Assembly (NCBI GenBank): GCA_934434925.1
Contig: CAKSAC010000006.1
Coordinates: 36,641-100,640 of the forward strand
Length of the DNA stretch: 64,000 nt
Direction: 5' to 3'
Source of the DNA: an uncultured Eubacteriales bacterium
GTDB lineage: Bacteria; Bacillota; Clostridia; Oscillospirales; CAG-272
Both the position numbers and the translations under genes were made by a program. Below, one piece after another: positions 1-10,700 of this stretch. Positions within the stretch are counted from its first letter, which is position 1; every line of letters begins with the position of its first letter. Under the pieces are notes generated by a model, which searched no databases, had not been told where the DNA came from, and saw nothing but the letters and a program-made list of their open reading frames with translations.

Positions 1-276
1 GACCTTTTCCTTCACCTCGGCCAGATGGCTCTCGAAAATCAGCGCCAGCCCGAGGCGGTTCTTTTTGGCAAACAGTTTGTCGGCATGTGTGCCGCAAAAG
101 CCGCGCTCGTTGGTCTTAATCCGGATATCCGGTTCCATCATGGCACCGCCGAGAATCAGTTCCAGTTCGTCCTCCTCCAGCTTGCGGTAGAGCGCGCAGA
201 GCGGACAGCCGCAGGACGGCTCTTCGCGCGAAGCATCGAACGCCTCGTTCACGGGGATTGTGTAAATACGCTCCAT
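1..276 (-). CDS. hypothetical Cys-motif protein (DUF6062-like), N-terminal part only; continues past window edge
   Basis: My translation of the minus strand from ATG 274-276 gives MERIYTIPVNEAFDASREEPSCGCPLCALYRKLEEDELELILGGAMMEPDIRIKTNERGFCGTHADKLF... AAGGAG lies 5 nt upstream. There is no stop before position 1, so it is absent from the ORF track. The family name is from memory. Confidence 0.55.
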   Translation of the reverse strand, partial: MERIYTIPVNEAFDASREEPSCGCPLCALYRKLEEDELELILGGAMMEPDIRIKTNERGFCGTHADKLFAKKNRLGLALIFESHLAEVKEKV

Positions 277-331
277 GGTGGCTCCTTTCTCGGGCTTTGC
301 GGATCGGACGCAGAATTTTTCTCTTTATCTC

Positions 332-360
332 TTGACAAGTAAAATTTTTCAAGATATAAT
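332..360 (+). promoter_or_regulatory. sigma-70/SigA-type promoter (TTGACA-17-TATAAT)
   Basis: TTGACA at 332-337, a 17-nt spacer, TATAAT at 355-360. The next + gene starts at 557. Confidence 0.55.
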
Positions 361-556
361 TACTATGAAGTTATAATTTCTGACCGGCTCACCCGGCTCA
401 CGCCGCATGATACCCGTTCATGATTGTAGTATAGCATATTTTTTTCTTGGTTTCAAGTTTTTACGGACAATTTCGTGATGGTATTCTGTTAAGAATTTTC
501 TCCCGCTCTTTTTCCGTATCCTGTTTTTCAACATATAATTTTTTAGGAGGTTCCCC

Positions 557-1354
557 GTGAAAAGCACCGCAAAAAAAATTCTCCTTGTCCTTCTGACCTT
601 TTTGCTTGTTTCTTCTGTTCTTTGCCTGACGGCATCCGCCTCCGCGGCCGACACGGTCACGAAAACGGCGGAAAAAGCCGCCGGGTCCTTTGATATCAAC
701 AAGATTGACCCGGCCGTTGATCCGCTGATAAAACTGATTCAGAATTTCTCAATCAACGCCTTTCTCAACACCTTCGCGGGCAAGACCATGACCATCGGGT
801 TCATCGTTCTGGCGGCTTTCGGTTTTTTGCAATGCTTCTTCGGCCAGAAACTCCTGCGCCTCGAAGTCTTTCTGTTCGGGCTGGCTCTCGGCGCATACGG
901 CGGAGCTTTGCTGGTCAAGGTTCCCTTTATTGAAAAACTGATCCCGGCCGCCAACGCTGACCTGGTCACCTATATCGTGATGGCCGTCTGCGGTGCCGTC
1001 GCCGGTCTTGTGCTCTGCAAACTGGTGCGTCTCGGCGTGATTGCGGGCGTGGTCTTCGGCACGTATGTGATCGGCCTGCCGTTTGTTGACCAGTTTGTGA
1101 AAAATCTCGGTTCTTCCCTGCCGGCGTTTGCCCCGTTGCTTATCACGGTCATTATCGGCCTGATCCTCGGGTTCATCGTCGTCAAACTGCTTGACCCCGC
1201 CCTCTGTATTCTGACTCCCCTGCTCGGCGGGTATCTGCTTTCCTACTGCGCCGGCAGCTTCGTCTTTGACCTTTTCAACCTGCTGCCTCTCATCATCATG
1301 GTCGTTCTCTTCCTGCTTGGGATGCTCCTGCAGTTCAAAATCCGGGCGCGCTGA
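557..1354 (+). CDS. multi-pass membrane protein with N-terminal signal peptide (DUF4203/TMEM198-like)
   Basis: ORF track 557-1354. GTG start with AGGAGG 6 nt upstream. Signal-like N-terminus ILLVLLTFLLVSSVLCLTASASA, followed by about 6 hydrophobic spans. Confidence 0.7.
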   Translation: MKSTAKKILLVLLTFLLVSSVLCLTASASAADTVTKTAEKAAGSFDINKIDPAVDPLIKLIQNFSINAFLNTFAGKTMTIGFIVLAAFGFLQCFFGQKLLRLEVFLFGLALGAYGGALLVKVPFIEKLIPAANADLVTYIVMAVCGAVAGLVLCKLVRLGVIAGVVFGTYVIGLPFVDQFVKNLGSSLPAFAPLLITVIIGLILGFIVVKLLDPALCILTPLLGGYLLSYCAGSFVFDLFNLLPLIIMVVLFLLGMLLQFKIRAR

Positions 1355-1393
1355 TTGTTTTTGCGCCTGCCTTTTCCGAATAATTTCCGTATC

Positions 1394-1420
1394 GCGGAGC
1401 CGTTCCGGCTCCGCTTTTTT
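1394..1420 (+). terminator. rho-independent terminator
   Basis: GCGGAGCC-gttcc-GGCTCCGC is a perfect 8-bp stem followed by TTTTTT, 40 nt after the stop at 1354. Confidence 0.75.
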
Positions 1421-1680
1421 ATTCTCCCCGCCTTTTCTTCTCTTTTCTCGTTTCCGCCTTTTTTTCCTCTTTTTCTTCCCGCGCTCTTTTTTCTCCGCGC
1501 CCTTTTTTCTCCGCGCTCTTTTTTTCCTCCGCGCTCTTTTTTTCCTCCGCGCTCTGCGCCCGCGCGCCTTTTCTTCTCTTTCTCTCTCCGCCCTTTCTTC
1601 TCTTTTCTCTCTCCTGCCTTTTTCTTCTCTTTTTCTTTCTGCGCCGCCGGCCGGCTCCCGGCTTTCTTTTTCCATCAAAA
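1421..1680 (+). repeat. pyrimidine-rich low-complexity tract containing a 16-18-bp tandem repeat (1479-1556)
   Basis: The + strand is almost entirely C/T. The unit ccgcgc(t/c)cttttttct is repeated about 4.5 times. Confidence 0.8.
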
Positions 1681-1810
1681 ATCCCCATAGCGGTTTTTGA
1701 TATGTACCCAGTTTTCTGGACACCCGGTATTGGGGGTACATATCATTTTCGCTATGGGGTTCTTTTATTTTGGGGCCGCGGCTTTTTCCGCGTCGGTTTT
1801 TGCCTGCGCG

Positions 1811-3385
1811 TTATGCCAGATTCAGCGCGAAAGGAAGTTTGCCGCGCGCGGGAATTTTTCCGGCCAGCACCTCGACGGCATAGGGTTGAGACTCGGGCGC
1901 ATGATACCCGAAAAGCAGACGCTCCACATGCAGAAGCGGCTCGACGGCATAAGGATTGCCGAAATGGAGAACCGCCTTCACTTTGCCCGAGAGAATGACC
2001 GAATTGATCAGCGCCTCGATCCGGCGCGTCAGGCAGTCGCTCCCCAGGTATGCCGCTGTCATACAGTAGGTGACAAAAACGACCTCGTCATGCCCTGCAA
2101 TGCGGGTGAGCAACCTGTCATTTTCCGACGCGGTCGGGAACTCTTTGTGAAAGGCAATCTCCGCGGCGGGAAATTCCTTGCGGACGCAGTCGGCGATACG
2201 GGCCGGGTCATACCAGGAGCCGAACCCGATTTCCTTCGCGGGAGAGTCCTCATCGAACCCCATCCCCGTGAGTATCACAAACAACCGGCGGCGTTCCGGA
2301 TCCGGCAAAGCCGCCAAAACCCCCTTATCGGTTACGGCCGTGATTGCGTCGCGGCTGACGGCGCGCAGGGTCCTTGCCGTTTCTTCCGTCACGGTGTACG
2401 GGGCGGGAGCGGGTTGCCGCGCCTTCTTCGCCGCAATCAGCGCATGCCTGACGGCCTCGTTCAGCCTCTCTTCGGTAAAGGTTCCCCGGCGGAATTCTTC
2501 GGCCAACATCCGGAGACATTCTTTATGCGGGGTTCGGTAGTTCGGCAGGATGATGTCGTTTCCGGCGGCGATAGCCAGCCCCATCGCGCGTCCTTCGCCG
2601 TATTTTTGTAAAATGCCGCTCATCGCCAGGGAGTCTGTGTAGATCAGCCCGTCAAATCCCGCGCTCCGGAGAAGGCCGATGACCTTCGGCGACAGGCTGG
2701 CGGGAAGCGAGGGGTCGATTGCGCGAAAGACCGTATGCTCGGTCATCACCGCGGGAAGAAGCCCTTCTTTCATCAGGGTCAGATACGGTATCATGTTCCG
2801 GGCCCACAGGGTTTCTTCCTCTGCGTCGGACCGCCCCTCGGCCATATGCGTGTCATACGGGAACTCTATCCCGCCGGGATAATGCTTGCCGCATCCCGCA
2901 AAATTGTTCTCGCGGAAGGATTCCAGAATGAGACGCGCCTGTTCTGTCACTTTTTCCGCCGTATCGCCGAAAACGCGCTGTGCTTTGCACGGGGCGTTCC
3001 CGCAAAGAATATCCACCACCGGACCCCATGTTCCCGTATAGCCGTCCGCGCGGGCAGAGGAAGCCAATGCGCGCGCATAAATCCGGGTGTATTCCGGGTT
3101 TTGGCAGGCGGCCAGCGTCAATAGCGGAACCGCAGGCAGACCGGACGGACTGTACCCCTGCTCCATATCCGCGACAAAAATCAGCGGCCGGTCGGTGGTC
3201 GCCGAAATCGCGGCAATCTCATCCCGGGCCATATCGTTTGTGCTGATCTGAAAGCAGAGCGCCTTCCCCTCCTTCGTAAGCTCCAGAATTTCTTCGCGCT
3301 CCGCCGGTATATGAAAACGTCGGACGCAAAGCACCGTGCCGAGTTTTTGTTCCAAGGTCATGTTTTTCACTTGTTCATCTGTCAT
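1811..3385 (-). CDS. glycoside hydrolase family 3 (beta-hexosaminidase/beta-glucosidase-like)
   Basis: ORF 1811-3481. Start moved to Met33 (ATG 3385, GGAGA upstream), giving MTDEQVKNMTLEQKLG. GH3-type motifs GKHYPGG and YTDSLAMSGI. Confidence 0.8.
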   Translation of the reverse strand: MTDEQVKNMTLEQKLGTVLCVRRFHIPAEREEILELTKEGKALCFQISTNDMARDEIAAISATTDRPLIFVADMEQGYSPSGLPAVPLLTLAACQNPEYTRIYARALASSARADGYTGTWGPVVDILCGNAPCKAQRVFGDTAEKVTEQARLILESFRENNFAGCGKHYPGGIEFPYDTHMAEGRSDAEEETLWARNMIPYLTLMKEGLLPAVMTEHTVFRAIDPSLPASLSPKVIGLLRSAGFDGLIYTDSLAMSGILQKYGEGRAMGLAIAAGNDIILPNYRTPHKECLRMLAEEFRRGTFTEERLNEAVRHALIAAKKARQPAPAPYTVTEETARTLRAVSRDAITAVTDKGVLAALPDPERRRLFVILTGMGFDEDSPAKEIGFGSWYDPARIADCVRKEFPAAEIAFHKEFPTASENDRLLTRIAGHDEVVFVTYCMTAAYLGSDCLTRRIEALINSVILSGKVKAVLHFGNPYAVEPLLHVERLLFGYHAPESQPYAVEVLAGKIPARGKLPFALNLA

Positions 3386-3526
3386 TCTCCGACCCTCGTC
3401 TGTCTTTTTTCTTTTTTCGCCGCGCCGCGGTTTTGCACATTTTCGCCGCGCCGCAGCTCCGGCCGGGGGCCTTGCTTTCAAAGCCCCCTTTTTGACCGGT
3501 CGCCTTGCAAAAGGGCGGAATTTTTA

Positions 3527-6500
3527 TCAGTTGTCGTACTGCCAATAATCAAACAGGTCGCAAAGCCCTGCGTCTATTCCGCGCTCGCCTTCATAATTGC
3601 GGAGGAACCGTTCGCCCATTTCCTGCGTAATGGCGGCGCGTCCTTCCTCGGAGAGCGCATATTCGTATTCTTCCGCGCCGGGGATAATTTCCTTATAGAA
3701 GAACCAATAGTAGTTGTTGTCAATGTCGGCCGTGTCGATATATCCGTAATAATTGGCCGCACCGTCTGTCACCGTGCTCTTTACGCTGACTTCGCCCGTC
3801 GGTTTTCCGTCTTTTTGCACGGGGGTGCCGCCGAGAACGATGTTATCCCGGATCACACAACAGGAAGGTCCGCGCCAGGCGCGTTCCATCGACGCAATCT
3901 CTTCATACGTGAAGGTCACGCCCTCTTCCGGGTTTGTCACGGTCTTGGTGCTCTGATCGACAAAGACCTTTGCCCCTTCGTTGTTCAGATAGTAGTATGC
4001 CGGGATGGTAAACACGGTTCCCACGGGTGCGCCGGTATAGGTATAGGTCTTTCCGGACAGTTGGGCCGGCACGTAGAAATAGCGCGGTTCGTATCCTTTG
4101 GCACCGCATTTGTTCGTCTCCGTGTGCGCTGTGACGATCATTTTGATGCCTTCGACCTGATTCATGTATTCCGGGAAGCGTTCGCGCCATGCTTTCTGCG
4201 CACATTCTTCCAGATAGAGTTTTACCTCACGTTCCCGGCGGCCGTACCACCAATGCCCCGCAAGGCTCTGATACCAGGACTGTCCGCCGAGGGTGTTGCC
4301 CGCGTAATCCGTGGCGACATGTACCGGGTTCCCGACCTGGGAATATCCGGCGTCATCCCAAAAATAGTAGAAGAGCGCGCTCTGGTTGATCTGGTCGGAA
4401 CTGCCGGACGGAATCGGCGTGTTTTCGTCCACTGCGTCGCCTTTGGCCGCCACCTGCGCGGGGTTCCGGAGAATCATGATATTCTGCCAGCAGACGTTCC
4501 CGTACCCCGACGAAGAATACCACCCTTTGTTGAGGTCGGATTTGGAGCCGAGCGTAGAAATCATGTTGCCGTAAGTATAGTTTCCGCTGGCCTGCCCGTC
4601 GTTGTATACGGCGTTGTGGGTCGCGTTGAATCTGTGAAAGAGATTGTACCGGAAGTGGTTGCCGCGGGTCGTCCATCCGTGTACATAAATCATCCCGCCG
4701 TCCACCACGTCGGCGCTTCCGCCGTCAAAGCGGTTGTATTCCAGGATACAGTCAGCCGCGTTGTCTCCCGATACCGTACAGTTGCTGAAGAAATTGTGCG
4801 AAATGACCATCCGGCATCCGCTGAAGGAGATTCCCGTCTGGCGTGTGGGGGCCGTATCGTGGAAGACCGAGTTCTGTATGACATTCTCGGAAGGCACGAG
4901 CGTACGGAAGGAAGAGGGCGACGAAATCTGCACCAGCCCCCCGTTAACGCACCGGGAGAAATCGGAATACAGGATCGCCAGCCGGCGGCATTCCCGTGCG
5001 TAAAGGTTGCTATGCATAGTATTCTTTACAGAAACGTTCTGGATAAAGACGTTTTCGCAACTGAAAAGCGCAATCCCGTATTGCGTGGAGCTGGATATCT
5101 CGATCCCGTCGATCACCAGGTTTTTCACCGTATCGGCCCTTATGATATCGTAACTCCCGCCGACGCCGCTGGTCAGCGACTTCTCATCCTCGTAAAAATC
5201 ATCGGTGGGATACAGGAAGATATAGCCGCTCTCTTCGTCATAGAACCATTCGCCGGGGGCATCCAGCGCCTCGATGGCGTTGAAGAGATAAAAGGTGTTG
5301 CGCCTGGCCGGGGAGTTTGCGGAATGCTTACAGCCCCAGCTGTTGGGCTGTACGGATTTCAGCGCCCAGTGTCCTTTTTGCTGATACGGATTTCCGTTTT
5401 CGTCATAAAGGGTGCAGTCTTCGGCCGCATTGCCGTCCGGAACAAAGGTGCCGAGGAGTTTTTCCCCGTTCGGCCCCCGGTGCCAGTAGGGCTTTCCGTT
5501 GATGTCCAACGCAAGATTATAGTAAGCGAATTCCCATCCTTCAAAGGTCGAGCCGAAATACCAGATGTTGCCGGTGTTGACCCAGGACAGGACCTCGTCG
5601 GCCATCTCCTGCGCCCCGGCTCCGTTCACTTTCCCGCTCAAAAGGCGGATCTGCCAGCCGATCGGCGTATTTTCATCGATTCCCGCCTCGCGGCAACGTT
5701 CTATCCACTGGGAATACAGGTCGGAGCCTTCTTTGACCGTCACGCGCCCCGTATCGTCCACCATGGTGAAATAGAGGAGTTCGGTAATATCGCATCCGCT
5801 GTTCGGATAGCGGGCAAGCGTATATTCTTCGTCTCCGAGATAGAGCCGGGGCGGCCCGCCCGAGGTCGTGATGGAGGGAATACTTCTCTTGTCCAGCCCC
5901 TGGTCTTCAAGCGTTGTAATCAGCACCTTATCCCGTGCGGACGCGGGAATGCGCGCCACAAGATCGGCGACCGCTATCTGATCGACGGCGCGGGAGAACC
6001 GGTCTTTATTCCATTCGCGGTTGGCCGTCAGCGTGACCTTTTCTCCTTCGTAGGCCTTGATGAAGAGAGGGCTGCCGGGCGTTCCGCTGTGCAAAGAGGT
6101 GATGAACGCGGTCGCAGACATTTGATACTTGCCGCCCATCATCCAGATGATCCCGCCCTTTTTGCCTTTCATCGCGTGCAGGGCGCGGTCGAGCGTCGCA
6201 AACGGGGCTTCTTTTGTGCCGGGATTTTCATCGTTTCCGCTCGGGCTGACATAGATTTCGCGTTTTTGCGCAATCGGATAATCGGTATGTACCACTCTTT
6301 CCAGCACCCGGACTTCTTTGGGCAGTTCATCCCGGGCGAGTTCAAACCGGGCAAAAACATTGTCCGCCGTGGTCTCATACCGGAGTTCCGCAAAATCGTC
6401 CAGCGCGCCGATTGGCGGCAATTCGAGCGAATACTGAATCGTTTCCGCCAACGGGCCGCTCAGGGCGTTGTCGAGAGGCAGTGCCAGCGTACCGCCGTGG

Positions 6501-7339
6501 CCCGCCATCAGGCCGACCAGTTTCAGGGTCGCGGAGTACGCCCCGAGATACCCTTCTCCGCAAAGAAGAACATGGTCGCCGCTCCCAAAGATGCCGTACC
6601 CTTCCGTGATTGCTTCGCTTTCGGCCCGTTTCCCGCTCAGCGTTCCGATGCGGATCTCATGGGCCGCCACGTCGTCTTTCTCGGTTTTGAGCGGAACCAA
6701 CACACCGCAAGCGTCGGCAATCGCTTCGTGGAGATAGACGCCAAGATCATACGCGTCGCGTTCATAGACGATCGAATATTCCGTCACGTCGCGGCCCGCG
6801 AGGGTAAGCCCGCTGTAACGGTACTCCGCGCGGTGCAACTGTTTTTCTCCGGGATAATAATAAGCGCCGTCGCGCAGATAGTCGTCCAGATATTTCCGTA
6901 CCGCGCTCATCAGCGCGTCGGGGCTGCCGCCGTTGATGACCAGGCGTTCATTTTCCCAATAAATGGCCCAGTCATCCCGGCCGACGCGCACGCTGGCGCT
7001 TTCGGGGCGGTTGGTGTTTCCGATCAGAATCTCTTTTGTTCCGGTCGGAATCCCTTCGTCTTTCAGATACGTATCCTCTTTCATGCGGATATACACGCCG
7101 CTCTTTTCACGGAACTCCGTGCAGAAGGCGCGCACCGCCTTGAAGCTGTCAATATCCATCCCCTCGGGATACCGGATGACATACTCTTCCACTCCTTCGA
7201 TCTTCCCGTCCGGCTTGATCTTTTCTCCGCACCCCGCCAGGCAGAAGGCAGAGAGGAGCAGACCGACCAGTAACAGGCCAAAAAGAAGAGAGAGGGCGGC
7301 ACGCCTTGTGCCGGGTTGTGCCTTTTTCGTTGCTTTCAC
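3527..7339 (-). CDS. large lipoprotein with right-handed parallel beta-helix (PbH1) repeats, probable polysaccharide-active enzyme
   Basis: ORF 3527-7501. Chosen start is GTG 7339 (GGAGG 8 nt upstream). Lipobox LLSAFCLAGC. Beta-helix repeat signatures SHNFFSNC, YNRFDGGSADVVDGGMIY, GNHFRYNLFHRF. Paralog of 28083-31034. Confidence 0.8.
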   Translation of the reverse strand: MKATKKAQPGTRRAALSLLFGLLLVGLLLSAFCLAGCGEKIKPDGKIEGVEEYVIRYPEGMDIDSFKAVRAFCTEFREKSGVYIRMKEDTYLKDEGIPTGTKEILIGNTNRPESASVRVGRDDWAIYWENERLVINGGSPDALMSAVRKYLDDYLRDGAYYYPGEKQLHRAEYRYSGLTLAGRDVTEYSIVYERDAYDLGVYLHEAIADACGVLVPLKTEKDDVAAHEIRIGTLSGKRAESEAITEGYGIFGSGDHVLLCGEGYLGAYSATLKLVGLMAGHGGTLALPLDNALSGPLAETIQYSLELPPIGALDDFAELRYETTADNVFARFELARDELPKEVRVLERVVHTDYPIAQKREIYVSPSGNDENPGTKEAPFATLDRALHAMKGKKGGIIWMMGGKYQMSATAFITSLHSGTPGSPLFIKAYEGEKVTLTANREWNKDRFSRAVDQIAVADLVARIPASARDKVLITTLEDQGLDKRSIPSITTSGGPPRLYLGDEEYTLARYPNSGCDITELLYFTMVDDTGRVTVKEGSDLYSQWIERCREAGIDENTPIGWQIRLLSGKVNGAGAQEMADEVLSWVNTGNIWYFGSTFEGWEFAYYNLALDINGKPYWHRGPNGEKLLGTFVPDGNAAEDCTLYDENGNPYQQKGHWALKSVQPNSWGCKHSANSPARRNTFYLFNAIEALDAPGEWFYDEESGYIFLYPTDDFYEDEKSLTSGVGGSYDIIRADTVKNLVIDGIEISSSTQYGIALFSCENVFIQNVSVKNTMHSNLYARECRRLAILYSDFSRCVNGGLVQISSPSSFRTLVPSENVIQNSVFHDTAPTRQTGISFSGCRMVISHNFFSNCTVSGDNAADCILEYNRFDGGSADVVDGGMIYVHGWTTRGNHFRYNLFHRFNATHNAVYNDGQASGNYTYGNMISTLGSKSDLNKGWYSSSGYGNVCWQNIMILRNPAQVAAKGDAVDENTPIPSGSSDQINQSALFYYFWDDAGYSQVGNPVHVATDYAGNTLGGQSWYQSLAGHWWYGRREREVKLYLEECAQKAWRERFPEYMNQVEGIKMIVTAHTETNKCGAKGYEPRYFYVPAQLSGKTYTYTGAPVGTVFTIPAYYYLNNEGAKVFVDQSTKTVTNPEEGVTFTYEEIASMERAWRGPSCCVIRDNIVLGGTPVQKDGKPTGEVSVKSTVTDGAANYYGYIDTADIDNNYYWFFYKEIIPGAEEYEYALSEEGRAAITQEMGERFLRNYEGERGIDAGLCDLFDYWQYDN

Positions 7340-7610
7340 TGTGAGATCCTCCTTCGATTTTTTGCGGCCGCACCGCGCGTTGAGTTTCTTTTTTATCGCC
7401 CTTTTTATTTCGGCAACCCTCTTTTTCCGTATGCGCAACAGGTTCCGCGCACCGCAAGACCCGAAGCGAAATAATACAAAAAAGGGGAGACTGCCAGGCA
7501 TCCAAGAGCCATTCCTGTTTCATTTTACCACACTTTGCTGAAAAAAAGCAACTCCCGACGGGCATTTTTTGTAAAAAACCGTTCAGTGCCTGTGCTTTTC
7601 TCCGCTTTGC

Positions 7611-7639
7611 TTGACAAGTCTTCCGAAAAAGTATATAAT
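7611..7639 (+). promoter_or_regulatory. sigma-70-type promoter of ileS (TTGACA-17-TATAAT)
   Basis: TTGACA at 7611-7616, a 17-nt spacer, TATAAT at 7634-7639, about 60 nt before the ileS ATG. Confidence 0.65.
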
Positions 7640-7701
7640 CTATTTTATGTTTGGATAATATATCGCGCTCCTGTGCGGGAGCGCGCAGAAAGGGAGAACC
7701 C

Positions 7702-10700
7702 ATGTATAAAAAAGTGTCCGCCAATGTGGATTTTGTGAAGCAGGAAAAAGAAATCCTTCGTTTCTGGCAGAAAAACAAAATCTTTGAAAAAAGCGTTGAC
7801 AGCCGCCGGGAAGGAGAAAACTATACTTTCTATGACGGCCCGCCGACCGCAAACGGGAAACCGCACATCGGCCATGTGCTGACCCGCGTCATCAAGGATA
7901 TGATCCCGCGCTACCGCGCCATGAAGGGCGCGCACGTCCTGCGGAAGGCCGGCTGGGATACCCACGGTCTGCCGGTAGAGCTGGAAGTGGAGAAAAAGCT
8001 CGGCCTGGACGGGAAAGAACAGATTGAACAGTACGGCATCGCCCCCTTCATCCGGGAATGCAAGGAGAGCGTATGGAAGTACAAGGGGATGTGGGAAGAG
8101 TTCTCGGGCGCTGTCGGTTTCTGGGCGGACATGGACAATCCCTATGTCACCTACCACAATGATTACATCGAATCCGAATGGTGGGCGCTGAAACAGATTT
8201 ACGATCGCGGCCTGCTTTACCGCGGTTTCAAAACCGTTCCCTACTGCCCGCGTTGCGGCACCCCGCTTTCAAGCCATGAAGTCGCGCAGGGCTATAAAAC
8301 CGTCAAAGAACGCTCGGCTGTCGTGCGGTTCCGCGCCCGGGATGAGGACGCATATTTTCTGGCCTGGACGACCACCCCGTGGACGCTCCCTTCCAACACG
8401 GCCCTCTGTGTGAACGCCGACGAAGAGTATTGCCGCGTCCGCGCGGCGGACGGGAAGGTTTACTATATGGCCAAGCCCCTGTTGGATACCGTCCTCGGCC
8501 CGCTTGCAAAAGACGGCGCGCCCGCCTATGAGATATTGGAGATCATGAAAGGCTCCGCGCTTGAAGGCCGCCGGTACGAGCCTCTCTACGCCTGCGCCGC
8601 CGATACCGCCGCGGCCCAGGGAAAACAAGCGCACTTCGTGCTTTGCGACCCCTATGTATCGATGTCGGACGGAACCGGTATCGTCCATATCGCGCCGGCT
8701 TTCGGCGAGGATGACAGCCGGATCGGGAAAAAATACGACCTTCCCTTTATCCAGAAGGTGGACGCCCGCGGCGACATGACGGCCGACACCCCGTATGCCG
8801 GGCTTTTCGTCAAGGATGCCGACCCGCTGATCCTGCGCGACCTTGACCGTGACGGGCTTCTCTTCTCCGCACCGAAATTCGAGCATGAATATCCCTTCTG
8901 CTGGCGTTGCGATACTCCCCTCATCTATTACGCCCAGGATACCTGGTTCATCCGGATGAGCGAGGTGCGCGACGACCTGATCCGCAACAACAAAACCGTC
9001 AACTGGATTCCCGCCAATATCGGGGAAGGGCGGTTCGGCGACTGGCTGAAAAACGTGCAGGACTGGGGTCTTTCCCGGAACCGCTATTGGGGAACGCCGC
9101 TCAATATCTGGGAGTGTTCCTGCGGCAGGCGCGTCTCGGTCGGCTCGATTGCCGAACTCCGTTCGCTCTCGGACAACTGCCCCGAAAATATTGAACTGCA
9201 CCGCCCCTATATCGATGCCGTGACCATCCCCTGCCCCGACTGCGGCAAAACGATGAAACGCGTCAGCGCGGTCATTGACTGCTGGTTTGACTCGGGTGCC
9301 ATGCCCTTTGCCCAGTGGCACTATCCCTTTGAAAACAAAGAGCTGTTTGAAAAGAACTTCCCGGCCGACTTCATCAGTGAAGCCATCGACCAGACGCGCG
9401 GCTGGTTCTATTCGCTGATGGCCATTTCCACGCTGATTTTCAACAAAGCGCCCTATAAAAACGTCATTGTCCTCGGCCATGTGCTGGACAAAGACGGGCA
9501 AAAGATGTCAAAATCCAAAGGCAATGCCGCCGATCCTATGGAAGAACTTGGAAAGTACGGAGCCGACGCGATCCGCTGGTATTTCTATTCCAACAGTGCG
9601 CCGTGGCTCCCGAACAAATACCATGAAGGCGCGGTGCTGGAAGGCCGCAACAAATTTATCGGCACCCTGTGGAACACCTACTCTTTCTTTGTCCTTTACG
9701 CCAATATCGACGGGTTTGACCCGGCAAAATACCCGCTTGACCCCGCCGCCCTGACCGTCATGGACCGCTGGATTCTCTCGCGCCTGCAAAGCACCGTCCT
9801 GGAAACCGACAAACATCTCTCGTCTTACGAGATTCCCGAAACGGCCCGCGCCTTGCAGGACTTTGTGAACGACCTCAGCAACTGGTATGTCCGCCGTTGC
9901 CGCGAACGTTTCTGGGCGCACGGGATGGAAGCCGACAAGATCGCCGCTTACCACACCCTCTTTACCTCTCTCGTCACCCTTGCCGAGATTTCCGCGCCGA
10001 TGATTCCTTTCACGGCCGAAGAGATTTACCAGAACCTCGTCCGGACCCATAACGCCTCGGCTCCCGAGAGCGTCCATCTCTGCGACTTCCCGTCGGCAGA
10101 CCCGTCTCTTCTTGACAAAACGCTGGAAGCAAACATGGAGAAGGTCCTGCAGATCGTCTCGCTCGGCCGTGCCTGCCGGAATGCCGCCTCGGTCAAAAAC
10201 CGTCAGCCGCTTGCGGCCATGTATGTGATGAGCGACGGCGATCTTCCCGCATTCTTCACCGATATTATCCGGGATGAGCTGAACCTGCGCGAGGTGATTT
10301 TCACCGATTCGGTCCGCTCCTTCACCACTTACACCTTCAAGCCTCAACTCCGCACGGTCGGGCCGAAGTACGGCCGTTATCTCGCTTTCATCCGCGAAGC
10401 GCTGTCCGCCGCGGACGGGAACGAAGCGCATGATCGCCTGACGGCCGACGGGCAGTTGGTTCTGCACGCGCCGGACGGTACAAAAATCGCCCTCGGGGAA
10501 GAAGACCTGCTCATCGAACAGGTCCGGGAACCGGGGTATGAATCGCTTTCCGACCGCGGCATCACCGTGGTGCTGGATGTCCGGCTGACTGACGAACTGC
10601 TGGAAGAGGGCTATCTGCGCGAACTCATCAGCAAAGTGCAGACCATGCGCAAAGACAGCGGCTTTGAAGTGACCGACCATATCACGCTCACCGTCGGCGG

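Noticed and set aside
749-1741. Lys/Arg/Glu-rich ORFs on the minus strand across the pyrimidine-rich tracts (749-1741, 13898-14854, 16530-17378, 41741-42373, 35482-36483).
   Set aside because: They are low-complexity translations of purine-rich repeat DNA. They have no RBS and overlap real genes or repeats.
3311-7273. A 1320-aa + strand ORF fully antisense to the beta-helix lipoprotein gene. Similar giant antisense ORFs lie at 27786-30611, 31247-33562, 49307-51532 and 60417-62459.
   Set aside because: These are shadow ORFs typical of GC-rich genes that avoid the TTA/CTA/TCA codons. Their translations are R/G/V/F-rich with no motifs, while the opposite strands encode clearly recognisable families (beta-helix, ABC, GyrB) or protein-like sequence with an RBS.
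7548-7572. A hairpin plus T-run (cccgacgggcatttttt) as a + strand terminator.
   Set aside because: The stem is only 3-4 bp, and there is no upstream + strand gene to terminate.
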